Shown: positions 26,234 through 37,604 of the stretch, piece by piece | Position numbering within the stretch: position 1 is the stretch's first letter | Layout: each line of letters begins with the position of its first letter | Assembly (NCBI GenBank): GCA_050273025.1 | Contig: CP158635.1 | Location: 5,952,001 to 6,016,000 of the forward strand | Direction: 5' to 3' | DNA: 64,000 nt | From: Cenococcum geophilum | Lineage: Eukaryota | Notes under the pieces: generated by a model | Told to the model about the DNA's origin: nothing | The model's input: only the letters and a program-made list of their open reading frames with translations | Database searches by the model: none | Program-made: the position numbers and the translations under genes

Positions 26234-27000
26234 ATAGGATAGATTAGTAAGAGAGACAAATCTTTAAGAAGGTAAGGCCTTTAAAATTATAAAGACTATA
26301 TACTATAGGCACGTACCTCTAATATATAACCGGTAACTATTTAAAGGGCGTTTAGAGGTTATCCTAAGGGCAATCTAAGGTGTCCGCAATAATATCCCTT
26401 ATATTACTCCCCCTTCTTATAGTTAGCCCCTAATTACTATTACCTTATAGTAGGGAGATTATAAGGACTTATCCTAAAAGGGGTTTAGAGAGATATTAGA
26501 GAGGTATTAGTATACTACTATATATTATCTATCTATCTAACCCCTACTTTAAACTTCTAAAAAACCTTAATAAGGAAAAAATATAACTAGAGAAAAGATG
26601 TAAGAATTACTAGGAGACCTATTAGAAGCCTACTAGAAGTATATTAGTAACTACCTAGGCTAATATAAGGACTTTTATATAACTCTACTTCTAAGCCTTT
26701 ATACTAGTCTATAATTAATTATAAGTATTATAGGTAATTTAGTATTTTAGTATAGTTCCGTAAAACCTTTTAGTATAGGATTTAATATATAGAGCCTTAG
26801 CTTACTATTATCTTTAACTGCTAAGATATAGTTCATAATCCTTTTCTTATAATCCCCTATATTACTAATATATTACTCCCGCATTTACCCTTTAGGCTAT
26901 TAAATGCGGTTAAGGTATTAATTAGTTATTTAAAGAGACTTATCTCTTAAGATTTAGTATATATACTTTTAAATCTAGTGGTTCTATACCGTATATTTAG
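26234..27000. repeat. Unclassified RIP-mutated relic (continues 17587-17821)
   Basis: Strong TpA excess; joined to 17821 through the G4 TSD. No domain recognised. Confidence 0.5.
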
Positions 27001-28299
27001 CGTGGACCTCCGATAACTTGAGGGAGGGTGTTGGGGCGAACCTCTTGGCAGGAATCTGACCAATCAGACAACTTCGACCGGCGGTCGAAGTTCCTTGAAA
27101 TCTCTTCAACCACCTATATAGAAAATAAGCAATACACAGAGTTTTAGCTCCATAACCTCAATTCAACAGTACCCCCATTGGATTTAAGGATACGTTGTTG
27201 TTGACCTTCACTTCGCGAACGCTCAGAGTTAGGGAAGAAGAAGAGCTAGTGGTACCCTTTTATTGTTGTTGTTGATCCAGGCAGCCCAAATATCTTGAAG
27301 TTACCAGTTTCTACAGTCTATCCTTCATATTTGTTTGGCCCTGGTATGTTCTCCGCAAAAGCCCTAGGAGTAGTTTGATCATATTGGCCAGGTAATCCCG
27401 ACATTATGATCACTTTGGGCTATTACCACCTTGACGGCTGAAGCCAAGTTCGGAAGTTTAGCTACTCTACGCAGGAACGGTTTGGATACACCACGCGTAG
27501 GTTTATCAGTTTTGCATATGAACGATGTTACTGGAAGGTAGAAACGAATAGAAGTTAACATTTCAGATTGTGTTGACGACCTTTTTAATCATCAGTCTTA
27601 ACAAACCTACGCTGTTCCTCCTGCTTTGATCCGAATTCACTATTAATGGTATCCATTGCACGCCTGAGCAATGGCGTGAATACCAAGCTAAGAGTGAGGA
27701 AGAGTGCAACAGTGAGTTCAACGTCCTAAATAGCTTCGCTAGGGCATTGAATAATTTAGTAGTTGTGGTTACAAAGGCAAAATACTGACAAGGATATACA
27801 CCACTAATTTCAAACCAGGAACATGAACGTGTTTCAATTCATGCCTTTGAGACGTTGACATTAAGAGCCACGCCCCAGTTACGTAAGAAGAGATTAAATA
27901 TCTCGTATGCTATCTCTACTGAAATTTCAGAACGCCCCTAATGCATTATATTACAAACACACCCGCGTATTCCGACTTTAGGCACGCTGAATGTTGTACA
28001 GAGTTACCCAGCCTCCGGTAAACTCGGATTGCAATCCATTCCCACACCATTCCCACCATTGAGTAACATAACGTGTGGGAAATATCTGGCCTGGAGGACC
28101 GTTCTTCATCCAATAATATAACCCATACAGTCCGCCGCAGACATTTCCAGCTAAAATCCAGCAATCATTTGATGTAGGGACAGTTACTTATTCCCGCCGC
28201 GTTTCTGCTCGAGGAATAGGACTTGCTTCCGTACTGCAAAAAGAAAAGAAAATATTAGCGACAAAGTCCTAAACAGTATTAAAACAGTCAGACACGAGT

Positions 28300-28900
28300 G
28301 TGCTGCCTATCCCAGCCATTACTCATCGCAAACTTGAGCATGCAACATGACCTCCCATCCATAACCAAACAGTCTGTTTCGGCACCACGAAACTGCGGCC
28401 CCCCCCCTCAAACGGCATCCATTGGTTGCTGGTCGCATCCAGACCGTCGTGTTCTAGGGCCTTCGAGCGTAGCGAGAGAAAACGTACCGATCGGATCATA
28501 CTTAAGCATGCTAAGCGGTCTGTGTGCGCGCGGTCGCATAAGCGTTCTGTAATAGCCAGTCATGGCCATTGAAATGAGGCGCACCATGATGGTGCGGGAC
28601 TTGGCTGCGCACAGTAAGTGTTAGTATACCAGACATGTCAAGCGATTGTTGTTGCGTTGAGAGAGTAATTGAGGATTTGAGGAGTGATGACGCTCCGTGG
28701 GCGGGCTAGGGAACAAGGCCAGGAGCACCTGCCGGGAGAGGCAGCTTGGTAGGCGAGGATTGGTACCTTTTTTAGCCATTGCAGCAGAGGAGGTAGGTCG
28801 TTGATGGAAACAAAATGAGGAATTTGAGTTGGGACGTGAGGGATCGGCTCGGCGTGATAGTGGCAACCCATCGGCGCATATATCAGCACTAGTGAAACGC
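28300..28900 (-). pseudogene. Possible heavily degraded cytochrome P450 3' remnant
   Basis: Across frameshifts, in P450 order: 'VSINDLPPL', 'AAMAKKG..PRLPSCLSRQV', '[13 protein letters not shown]', 'YDP.GTFS', '[11 protein letters not shown]' (FxxGxRxC-like, Cys lost). Confidence 0.35.
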
Positions 28901-29819
28901 CACCGCAAATATTACCGTTGCCAATTGAAGTGTACTAAATTTCAGATAGAGATACTGCTTCGCATAGAGTTTGTCCATTCATAGCTGATTAAAGCTTTTA
29001 CGGTTTGTCGAATGGGTTCCATTCATTCATGAAGGTCATGCCATTCTTGTATAAAACTTTCAGATGGCTCCTTTATCCGACTCACTTCTAAGCTGATTTC
29101 AATAATTATATTTTAAGTCCCTAACCGAAGAAGTGAGACAAACCCTTTATCAACCTTATCTAAAAGTGTTTCTCCTGAATGGAATCCGTCTTACCATAAT
29201 GCTAAATTAGCTCACTAACATTTTGAGTCTAAGGCCAAAGGGCCATTATTGACGATCTTTCGAGTACTTCCCCCTATCTTCGTAACATCCTCACTTCTGC
29301 GAAACGTTTAGGATTGCATACCACAAATATGGCCTGCAGAGTTAAGGTGGTAGTGTCTCCGACATTTAGGCCAGTAAGAGAAAGGCGCTCACCGAAAGGC
29401 CGCCGTAACCGCAGGTTCAGAGATGGACGTGCCCGCTCATAAAATAGAAGCAATAATGACGCCTTGTTATGAGAAAGAAGCTCATGAGGTTGCGAGACTG
29501 TATTTTGATGACAGAAGGGGTTTCATGGCTAACTTCTACATTACAGCAATAATATGGAATGCAGTATTTAAAATTGAATTAGTAACATGCATGGCTGATG
29601 CGCCGCATCCCTACTATATGAATGCAGACTCCCTCAAGCTCCACTCGGAGTTTAGCTCTGCATCCATGCTAGCTCTAGGCGGTTTACGTAGCTGTGCTTC
29701 GATGCTTCGATGCCGATGGCCCGATCTCTTTGATCTCTGGGGTACATATACACAGTATAGACCTTATCTGCATTCTACTTTCGTCATTATTCTGTCATCA
29801 TCACGCCGGCTGTTCACCA

Positions 29820-30390
29820 TGTGGCGGGTGGACATGCAGGGTCTCAGGGTAGAACGGTTGCTCGATTCCGTAGATTGTGCCAGATCGTCCATCTTGATCA
29901 TATAAAGTATGGAGACAGCGGATACCTGCAGGTCGAAGGGGTTATAGATTGATGTGACGTAGCTGGGAAGCGGTGAGCACAGAGGTAGAAGGCCAGCGTT
30001 AGGGCCTCAGGATTTTGACACCTTCTGAGTAGTATTCTCCTACTGATGATAAACTGACAAAGTGGTTGAGGCATTTGATACGGTCAAGATCGTGGGCCAC
30101 TGGGAAAGCACTAGGGTGATTAAAATGTATGACTTCTGCAATGCGATGAGAGTTAGGAGACTAGGTTGCCGTGGGCCATCTCGAGAAGCAAGGCGCTGGG
30201 GTGAGCATCATGGCCATGAAGTATGACTATACCTGCGAAGAGATGAGTTTGCAAACCAAAAATCTCCAGCATTGAGCGACGGAGAAGACCTAGTTTAGAT
30301 TGATCAGCATTAAGAGTCCGGCCTTCTAGCATGGTGGCACCATGGCTAGGCTCCAGACCCCTTTGAAGGATTTGGTCAGCGTGCATGTCT
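29820..30390 (-). pseudogene. Possible decayed protein-coding fragment, unknown family
   Basis: Protein-like segments in shifting frames ('HPSAFPVAHDLDRIKCLNHF', 'TLYDQDGRSGTIYGIEQPFYPE') with stops. Confidence 0.25.
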
Positions 30391-32500
30391 GGGAGAAACC
30401 TTAGGAGCCTGTTGCCAATTTATTGCCAATTAGGAAGGGAACAATTTAAGTGTCTAGGCTGATAACCTCAGTTAAGACAAATATGGAAAGTAGTGTTCCA
30501 GGCAAGCAAGGTAGCTACTGTTCGTCATCCGCTCCACAGTCTTGGGAAACGTCAAATGTCTCGAACACACCGAGAGTGATGGCGACATGTTCGCTCACTT
30601 CGATGACGGCCGCTAATGACTAACGGATGATTGCGGCTCTTCTAGGCGCAGTCAAGTGCACAAATAAAATTTCCGAAGAACAGCGAGAGATTCGTTGATG
30701 CAGTGACTCAGCCACTCTACGAGCGGGTCCTACGACGTGAATGGGACCAGAGAGACGGTACGTTCGCTCGGTCGGCGCCCAGAGCCGATAACCTACCCTA
30801 GAGCCGGGATTATTTTCCAGGCAGCTGAGACCTCGTGGCGTTAGGCGTATTTGAAATGGGCGAGAGAGGTGAGATTTACGTATGCATCGACACCTCAGGT
30901 TGACAGGAAGGGCGGGCTCGGCAGAACTTCATCCCCAGAAAAGGTAATTGCGGGGAAAATGACCGATTTTGCAAAACAGTGACAGAAAGGAAGGGTGTGA
31001 TGAGTTGCCTAGCCATTATGAATGCTTCACTGCTACCTAGGTGGCTCAGCTTCCAAGAGGGGTATTGAGAAAAGCTCTCATACCCAGGCTACCAGGTATA
31101 CTCGACAACTAGACGCCTGCACAAAACTAAATGACGCTCTGAAACAACTAAACTGACGACCGGTCGACATAAACGTTGCGTCTGCTGTGTGCCATGTGCC
31201 GTGTTCTGTCATGACCGGCGGGTTGATGCGACTGAGTCTTGTCTGAGGCTTGACTTGCACTCATGCATTAATCATCCCGAGGTTGCGGGAGGTGAACAAA
31301 GTGCAATGTACTTTATAACATGGTCAGGTGAGCAGGCCGACCGGCAGGCAAACATGACTGGACGGTTAATGGAGGTATGGTGCGGTGCGGGCCGAAGTCG
31401 ACTCCAGAAGACCGGAAAGGCGTCGGGTTACTTCTTTCGAAGAGCAACTTGTCGTTGCAGTGACTCACCGGACATTCACTCATGTGCCACGAAGGTCGAG
31501 ATACTCAAGCAATGTGGTCAAACAAGAGAGCAAACGTGTATCCAAAGAATCCAGAAGCCTCGTGGCACTCGGGGAGGGTGTACGTCGACTATTGTAATGC
31601 TGTGTGGCAGCCCTGGCAGGTGTGGCAGACGCACAGCACAAGGAAGCGACACCGCCCCAATTGCTCCGATCAGCTCGACAGGGACCACACAACCCTTGAG
31701 AGTCCAGCACTGCCATAGAGCTCGCCCTATAAGGAACAGCCGTGCAGCGGGCCTTATTCATCAGTGGCTGGAGGCTTGCCAAGCCCGCCTTCCACCCTGT
31801 CAGAAAGTTTCCGGTCAACCAGAAACGGATGCTAATCTGAAAGTGTCCCGGACTGGCGAAAAGTTGCGCTCGAGCACACACACACTACAGCATCTCACGC
31901 AACAACGGAATACACGGCAGTCAGTTTGAGCAGGCAGGACTTGTTGCGGTCCGGTGGAAAGCGTGTGATGTTCTCATCGCAAACAGGCGTGACAGCTAAT
32001 AGCTTCGCCGCCATCAGAAGGCGACAGGTGGTTTCACGGCTGCATAGCCTCGAGGGAAACAAATCGTCAGCAGGCGAGATAGGGGGCAAGGTGGTTGACG
32101 CTGGCCTCTATACAAACCTTCAACACGGACGAGTCGTTCTCGAGTTCATGGTTGAAGCGACGGGATGTCGCGCATCCCCGTCGCGGCCACACCCGCGCGC
32201 TGAGGCTGTGCAACGTGGAGATTTTCTTGTGTTGCGGTGAGGGGCGGTTCAATCAAGCGCAAGGGTGATTCGAAGGGTGTTTTCGATTGCGCAGCTTGGC
32301 CAAGGTGAAGCCTGGGGTTTCCAGTGAAAACGGCAGGGAAGGGTCACGGCTGCACCTTGCCTGATGGAGCGGGGCTTTGCATTGAAGCGAGACCATTCTC
32401 CACCATCTCGTTCCTCCAGCTCCAGCGCCAGCAACGCCATCCTGAGGCGGAGTCCACCAATCGAAGTGGGGGCTGGGACGGTGGGACGCGATACTCCGAC

Positions 32501-32533
32501 ACTGCGACACTGCGACACTGCGACACTGCGACA
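32501..32533 (+). repeat. 8-bp microsatellite (ACTGCGAC)x4
   Basis: Read directly from the sequence. Confidence 0.85.
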
Positions 32534-33158
32534 AAAGCGACAATGGAATGAAACTCTACAGTCCGAGTACGTTCATGCTCACGCATACTCCGACTCTTCC
32601 GGGGGGAGTCACCCCGCGGCTCCTGAGCACGCCTGGGCTGGACGAGGTTGCGCAACAGTCATAGGCTAGCAGCAGCCCGAATGGTCAGACTCACTGGACG
32701 GGGGCATGCCAAACATGTTTCTAGCGCGTTTCGCTGCCCATCCGTGCCAGCTCCTGTCGTCATGAGCAGGCAGTGGACCCCGGTTGACCGCCCTCCGCGT
32801 CTGCGCCTGACGGCTCGCTGCGCGCGACCCCTGCACGCAGGCATTGTGGGGGCCCTTTGCATGCATGCCCAGTCCAAGCCCTAGGCATCCACTCCATAAA
32901 CCCTTCCTGGTCAACAGCATATATCTTCCTCTATGCTGCCACCTTTCTTTCCCACACCCACGCTCCATAAATTCTGCGATACTCCACCACACCAGGAAGA
33001 CTACTGTTCAACCAGCTCCCGCGCCTTTCAAATCAATCACGACATATTACTTTGCCGTAGGCAAAGTGGCCGCAACCATTCCAGCACCACTAGCCTCGAC
33101 GCCTTTCACCACGGCGCGCCGCCTCAAACCCATTCTCAAGAAATCCCCGACCACCACC

Positions 33159-33872
33159 ATGCCTTCCGTCTCTCGTCGCGACACCATGCCTACTCCTGCT
33201 ATCATCCACACCAAGACTGCCGCGCCTCGCAAGGAGCGCGCGGTGGAATTCCTGCCCGAACCCGTGACCGGTGTGTCTCGTCCGGTGAATGCCAGCGAGA
33301 GCTGGGCTGCGTACAACTTCGAATCACACGCGCGCAAGTGTGCTTACTGCCACAACCCATACGAAGTCCACCGGAACCACGACCAGCTCTGCGAAGCCGG
33401 CCACAGGCTTGCCCAAGATGTAGCCCGCTACATCTACAACCGCGACGGCGAGACCTACAGCTTCAACGAGGAGGGCCACAAGCTCGTGCGCGTGGAGATT
33501 CCAGCCGATTACAACGAAGTTCGCGGTCTCTTGAAAGCAGTTGAGCGAAGCTTGAGGCACCGCAGCCGCAAATCATTCCTCAGCATGGACCGCACCTACT
33601 ACGTCCCTCCCCGTACTCACCCAGAACGCAGTCGCTCGGTCAAGGTCGAGCAGCCATCCAAGCCTCCTCGACCGCGCTCTGGCGAGATTGTCGACTGGCC
33701 GCAGAAAACCAAGGTCACCGCTGAAGTCTCCAGCTCTGCCTCGAAGCGTGGCTCCCTATACGAGATGGATCTTGCGCAGCAGCGCCGCGATTCCGTACGC
33801 TACAGGGTGGAAGTCCGCGAGCCATCTCGGCGGGACATCCGCGAGCACCGCCTGTCAGGCTACTACCGCTGA
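33159..33872 (+). CDS. Fungal hypothetical protein (237 aa) with an H-x3-C-x2-C...C-x2-GH putative zinc site
   Basis: Long ORF with strong C-ending codon bias from the CACC-ATG at 33159 (MPSVSRR..). Motif FESHARKCAYCHNPY..LCEAGH. Upstream TATA-like CATATAT at ~32918. Confidence 0.8.
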   Translation: MPSVSRRDTMPTPAIIHTKTAAPRKERAVEFLPEPVTGVSRPVNASESWAAYNFESHARKCAYCHNPYEVHRNHDQLCEAGHRLAQDVARYIYNRDGETYSFNEEGHKLVRVEIPADYNEVRGLLKAVERSLRHRSRKSFLSMDRTYYVPPRTHPERSRSVKVEQPSKPPRPRSGEIVDWPQKTKVTAEVSSSASKRGSLYEMDLAQQRRDSVRYRVEVREPSRRDIREHRLSGYYR

Positions 33873-36800
33873 AACACAGCACTTACGGACATTCTTCACA
33901 AAATCTGGTAACACATGGAGCGACTACTCTTAGACCTCCGTCTACCTCCGCCTGCTACCGCGACAAGTCCGGCACTTGCGCGCAGCAGTGCGCAACCTGG
34001 GGGTGGACCTGAAATAGGCCACCTCACCAGGTCGCATTCAACGCTCCAAATATGTCTCGCTTTATAAAGGATTAGCAGCGAGGCTCTGCTTCACGAAAGC
34101 AAGTGCAAATTTTGGGAGCGAAGTTGGACTCATGTCTCGGCATGGCAATCATTGAATCAATTCCATTGTCCGCAAGAACAGTTACTTGCGCATTGAAAAG
34201 GATATTCGAAGGCTGTCTTTGGGAATTTTGGGGAGAGTGAAACTGGCAGGATTATTTGGGAAGAGGCTTTGGCTAAATTAGCAGCTACATTTACAAATGC
34301 AAATACATTCAAAGTCCAAATATCAGTCAAATTGTGCCAATAGCGGGGACGGCGTGAAGTGCAAACCATGGCCCCGTGCGCAGCGCAGCGACGGAGTCCG
34401 AGAAGCGTCCTTATCCAAAGGTCATTTGCGCGCAGCGAGTAATAGTCGAAGAACTATAGCGGCGGGTGGCCTGACCTGCATTGGAAAGGTTGAGCCTGCA
34501 GGCGGGCGCGGCACCAAGAATGCAGAGGAATGCAGAGGAATGCAGCGGAATGCAGGTGTGACTGGTTTTTGCTTTGAGCCGTACGTAAACTTGAGTTCGG
34601 CAGCGCGAACAATCTGCCGAGAAAAGTTTTGCAAGCCACTGCCCCTCCGCTGCCTCAAAGTCAATAAACATATAGAGACAAAAGAGTCACTGATTGCAAT
34701 ATCCCGTAATCAGCGCCTATGCACGGCACCAATTGTCGCAGCACCATGTCTTAGTGTCTTTCTGTGACAAGGGCCATATGACTGACTCTTGCGATGATCT
34801 GGCATCGTCGTGGTCGAAGGGCGCTGTCGCCGTCGCCGTGCCGCTATCTCACGGGGGAGGGGAAAGGGCTGGAGCTATCGCCCTTTTACTTCCACGGGGA
34901 CCTTCGCGCGACAATCCCACGAAAATCGCCATCATATACTTCTGTGTTTAGCAGGTTCCTCCTCGCTGCAGCCTCACCCAGGCACCACTACCTGGACCAG
35001 TTGGACAGCTGGTTGTCCATCACTTCCTAATTTCCAGACCGGCCATTTGCCACAGCGATGCGCTGGCTAAGGTCTCCCTCCATATATCTCTCCTCCTCTT
35101 CTATGCTACATCACTACAAAGGGTGCCTGTTCAACCTTGGCAGTCTCAGAACGACCATGGAATTGCCCAAGTCCAAACTTTTGTCATTCATTATCAAAAA
35201 GCACACCAAAGCACCTGCCGGCCGGTCAGACAGCCACAGTCGCTGCGGCTCGCCAATCCAGACGCGGCCTCCAAAAAGTGATAAGTCTACACAATAAGGC
35301 CACCCTTCCAGGCCCTTCCCAGTCCCGCATCAGTCGCAGCACGCAGTTCAATTCACGATGCGCCGCGCGCCCACAAGGATAGCCCACCTATACGATGTGC
35401 AAAAGCGTGCGCCCCGGATGGGTCGGATGAAAGGGCTTCACCGTCTATCGTTTATCTCAGCGGCGACCTTGGACATCCCGCTTTTTTCCTTTTTTTTTTT
35501 TCTGGTTTCAGGCCTTCCTCCTAATTTCCAGGGCGCAGACAGGCCGGGCCTAGTCGACGGCCGACACGCGCGGGGTCCAACGGGGCAAGAGCAGTGTCGG
35601 TAGCGACGCGCGAAGCGACGATCGACTTTCCCGCCGATCCTGCACGGCATCACCCTGGCGGACGGCCAGTGTCACCTGGTTAACGGGGCGAAGAGGCCCC
35701 TCGGCTGGTCGGGCACCCAGAGAAATCACTAGGGTGCTGACCAGAGTTGCGGGGGAGAGTTGAGCATTGCCCGGGCGACGTGAGCGCGGCAGTGCGGAGC
35801 AGCGGATTCCGGTTTTGGAGATAGATTGAGGCTGGGAGAGAAGATGCGCGTTTGAGGATTCTGGCAGAAAAACGGACGCTGAGTGGTTGGCGGGCTCCGC
35901 ACGCTTCGAGATAAGGTTTTGGTGTTTGGCCCTTTTGGGCCAGTGAGGGGATGCCAATCACGTGATACAATTCCATTGTCAATATTCCCTACCCTAGCAA
36001 CCAAATTTTAATTCCAGTTTTCTTGCATACGTGCAGCGCTTCGTTTCAGAAGAACCCCCTTATACGGGCAGAAAAACCACTCCTAACTGGCCAGCCCAAA
36101 TGAGAGGTCCAAGATTGGGGTCCTGGTGTTGGCAATTGGGCTGAGGGGGGCCGAGCTTCAATCACGTGATGGCGAAGCCCACCCAGCCCTGTGTAAATAT
36201 AGAAGTTGCCCTATGCGATCGTGGCTTAGGGAAAAGGGGAAGCTCGGAGCCAGTTTCAACTTCACTCCTACGATCGACCAAACGACGAACGACCTTTGAG
36301 TTTTCTGCCGCCAAGCAAATCGCGACAAATCTCCTCGTCGCGACCAATTCGGCGTCTGGGGTTCCAAATATAACTCTCTTGTTTTGAGGTTTCTAGATGC
36401 GCGTTTCTGTCATCGCGGCTTTCCCATCGTGCATGCCGAAGGCTTTACGGATCTAGGCAGGTCGGCCGCATCGTAGTGGTCTGCTGAGAGGTACGGATCC
36501 CCATCGTGAACGAGCTTTCGAATAGACCAGAGGTTCGGAGGTGCGAGGTTGGAATCCCCAACCGAAGAGCTCAGGGGTCTCTTCGTTTCAGCTGCCCTTG
36601 CTTTTTTATCCCCATCGGAGCTCTGATGTGCTCTGTTAAGATGCCGAGGTTTGAGTTCCGAGCGCCGACCCTGAACGGAATTTCTACTAGCTTACACGGC
36701 CTCTCTTATAATTTCCGAGTATCAGAAGCCTCTTTTTCAACATCCCGTGTCTGGTAGGGTTAGATGGGGTCGATGCGAGTGCATCCTTTGTTGGTGCTGC

Positions 36801-37054
36801 ACCAGCTAAGGTGTTCTTTCTCTTTCACACTGGCGATATTGCACCAGTTGAGCATTTTTTTCCGTCTTAACAGACTAGCTCTTGTCCGAATTGATTTGTA
36901 ATCTTCGGCATTTTACTGGCAAGGATGTGCGGTAATTTAGGTCTCATAACCGATGTATTTCCTCCTCAACCTCAAGTACTCACCGAGCTCCTCGCGTTCA
37001 AGGCTCGCCCCAATTCTCTCGCACATTCCCCATTAAGTAAGAACCCAAGCAGCA

Positions 37055-37530
37055 ATGGTTCCTGGAGGTTGTCTCTGTGGCAAAATAAAGTACGAGCTTA
37101 ATGACGGGGATTACACAGCCGTATGTCCACCTCGCCATTCAGAGCTGCAGTGTCCGTGATCTGACATTGCAACCAGGGGCTCTGCCACTGCAGCATATGC
37201 CGCATCAACACCGGCTCCGCCTTCAGCACCAATCTTTTTGTGCCGGTCTCATCTTTCCACCTTCTCTCGGCTCCGGAGACGGTGTCTCGTTTCGAAATTG
37301 ATGGCACACGCACTGGGTCCGGCTTTCCCTCCGTAATGTGCTTCTGTTCTTCTTGCGGGACCACGCTGTGGGCAGAGCCACAGAACCCGGAATATGCTGG
37401 CATGGAAATTATTAAAGCTGGCACTGTGGCTGATAGAGCGTGGCTGGAGAAGCAGGCGCTAAAGGTGGAGCTGTTTAAAGAGGATGGACTAGCCTGGGTT
37501 GGAGATCTAGTGGGTAAGGAGAAGGCCTAG
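37055..37530 (+). CDS. GFA / Mss4-like zinc protein (glutathione-dependent formaldehyde-activating enzyme family); exons 37055-37120, 37177-37530
   Basis: MVPGGCLCGKIKY...|GLCHCSICRINTGSAF...FCSSCGTTLW. Intron GTATGT..CTGAC..CAG (37121-37176) restores the frame. Confidence 0.92.
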
Positions 37531-37604
37531 GGTGAAGAAGAATGACGAGTGCTTCGGTAGACAGGATATACTAAAAGACAATATACGCCCTCTTTCTTGA
37601 GCCT

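Noticed and set aside
29423..29905. 160-aa plus-strand ORF
   Set aside because: No recognisable motif and heterogeneous composition; it overlaps a likely minus-strand remnant.
31189..31929. 246-aa ORF and the overlapping ORFs at 31-33 kb and 34-36.7 kb
   Set aside because: Non-ATG starts, no codon bias or recognisable motifs, and overlap in many frames as expected for GC-rich non-coding DNA.
32844..33158. N-terminal extension of the 342-aa ORF
   Set aside because: GTG start that spans the TATA-like and pyrimidine-rich leader; the ATG at 33159 has a much better context.
36484..36530. TPP riboswitch (CTGAGA)
   Set aside because: The downstream TGAT..GATAAT..GCG..AG elements are absent and no thiamine gene is adjacent.
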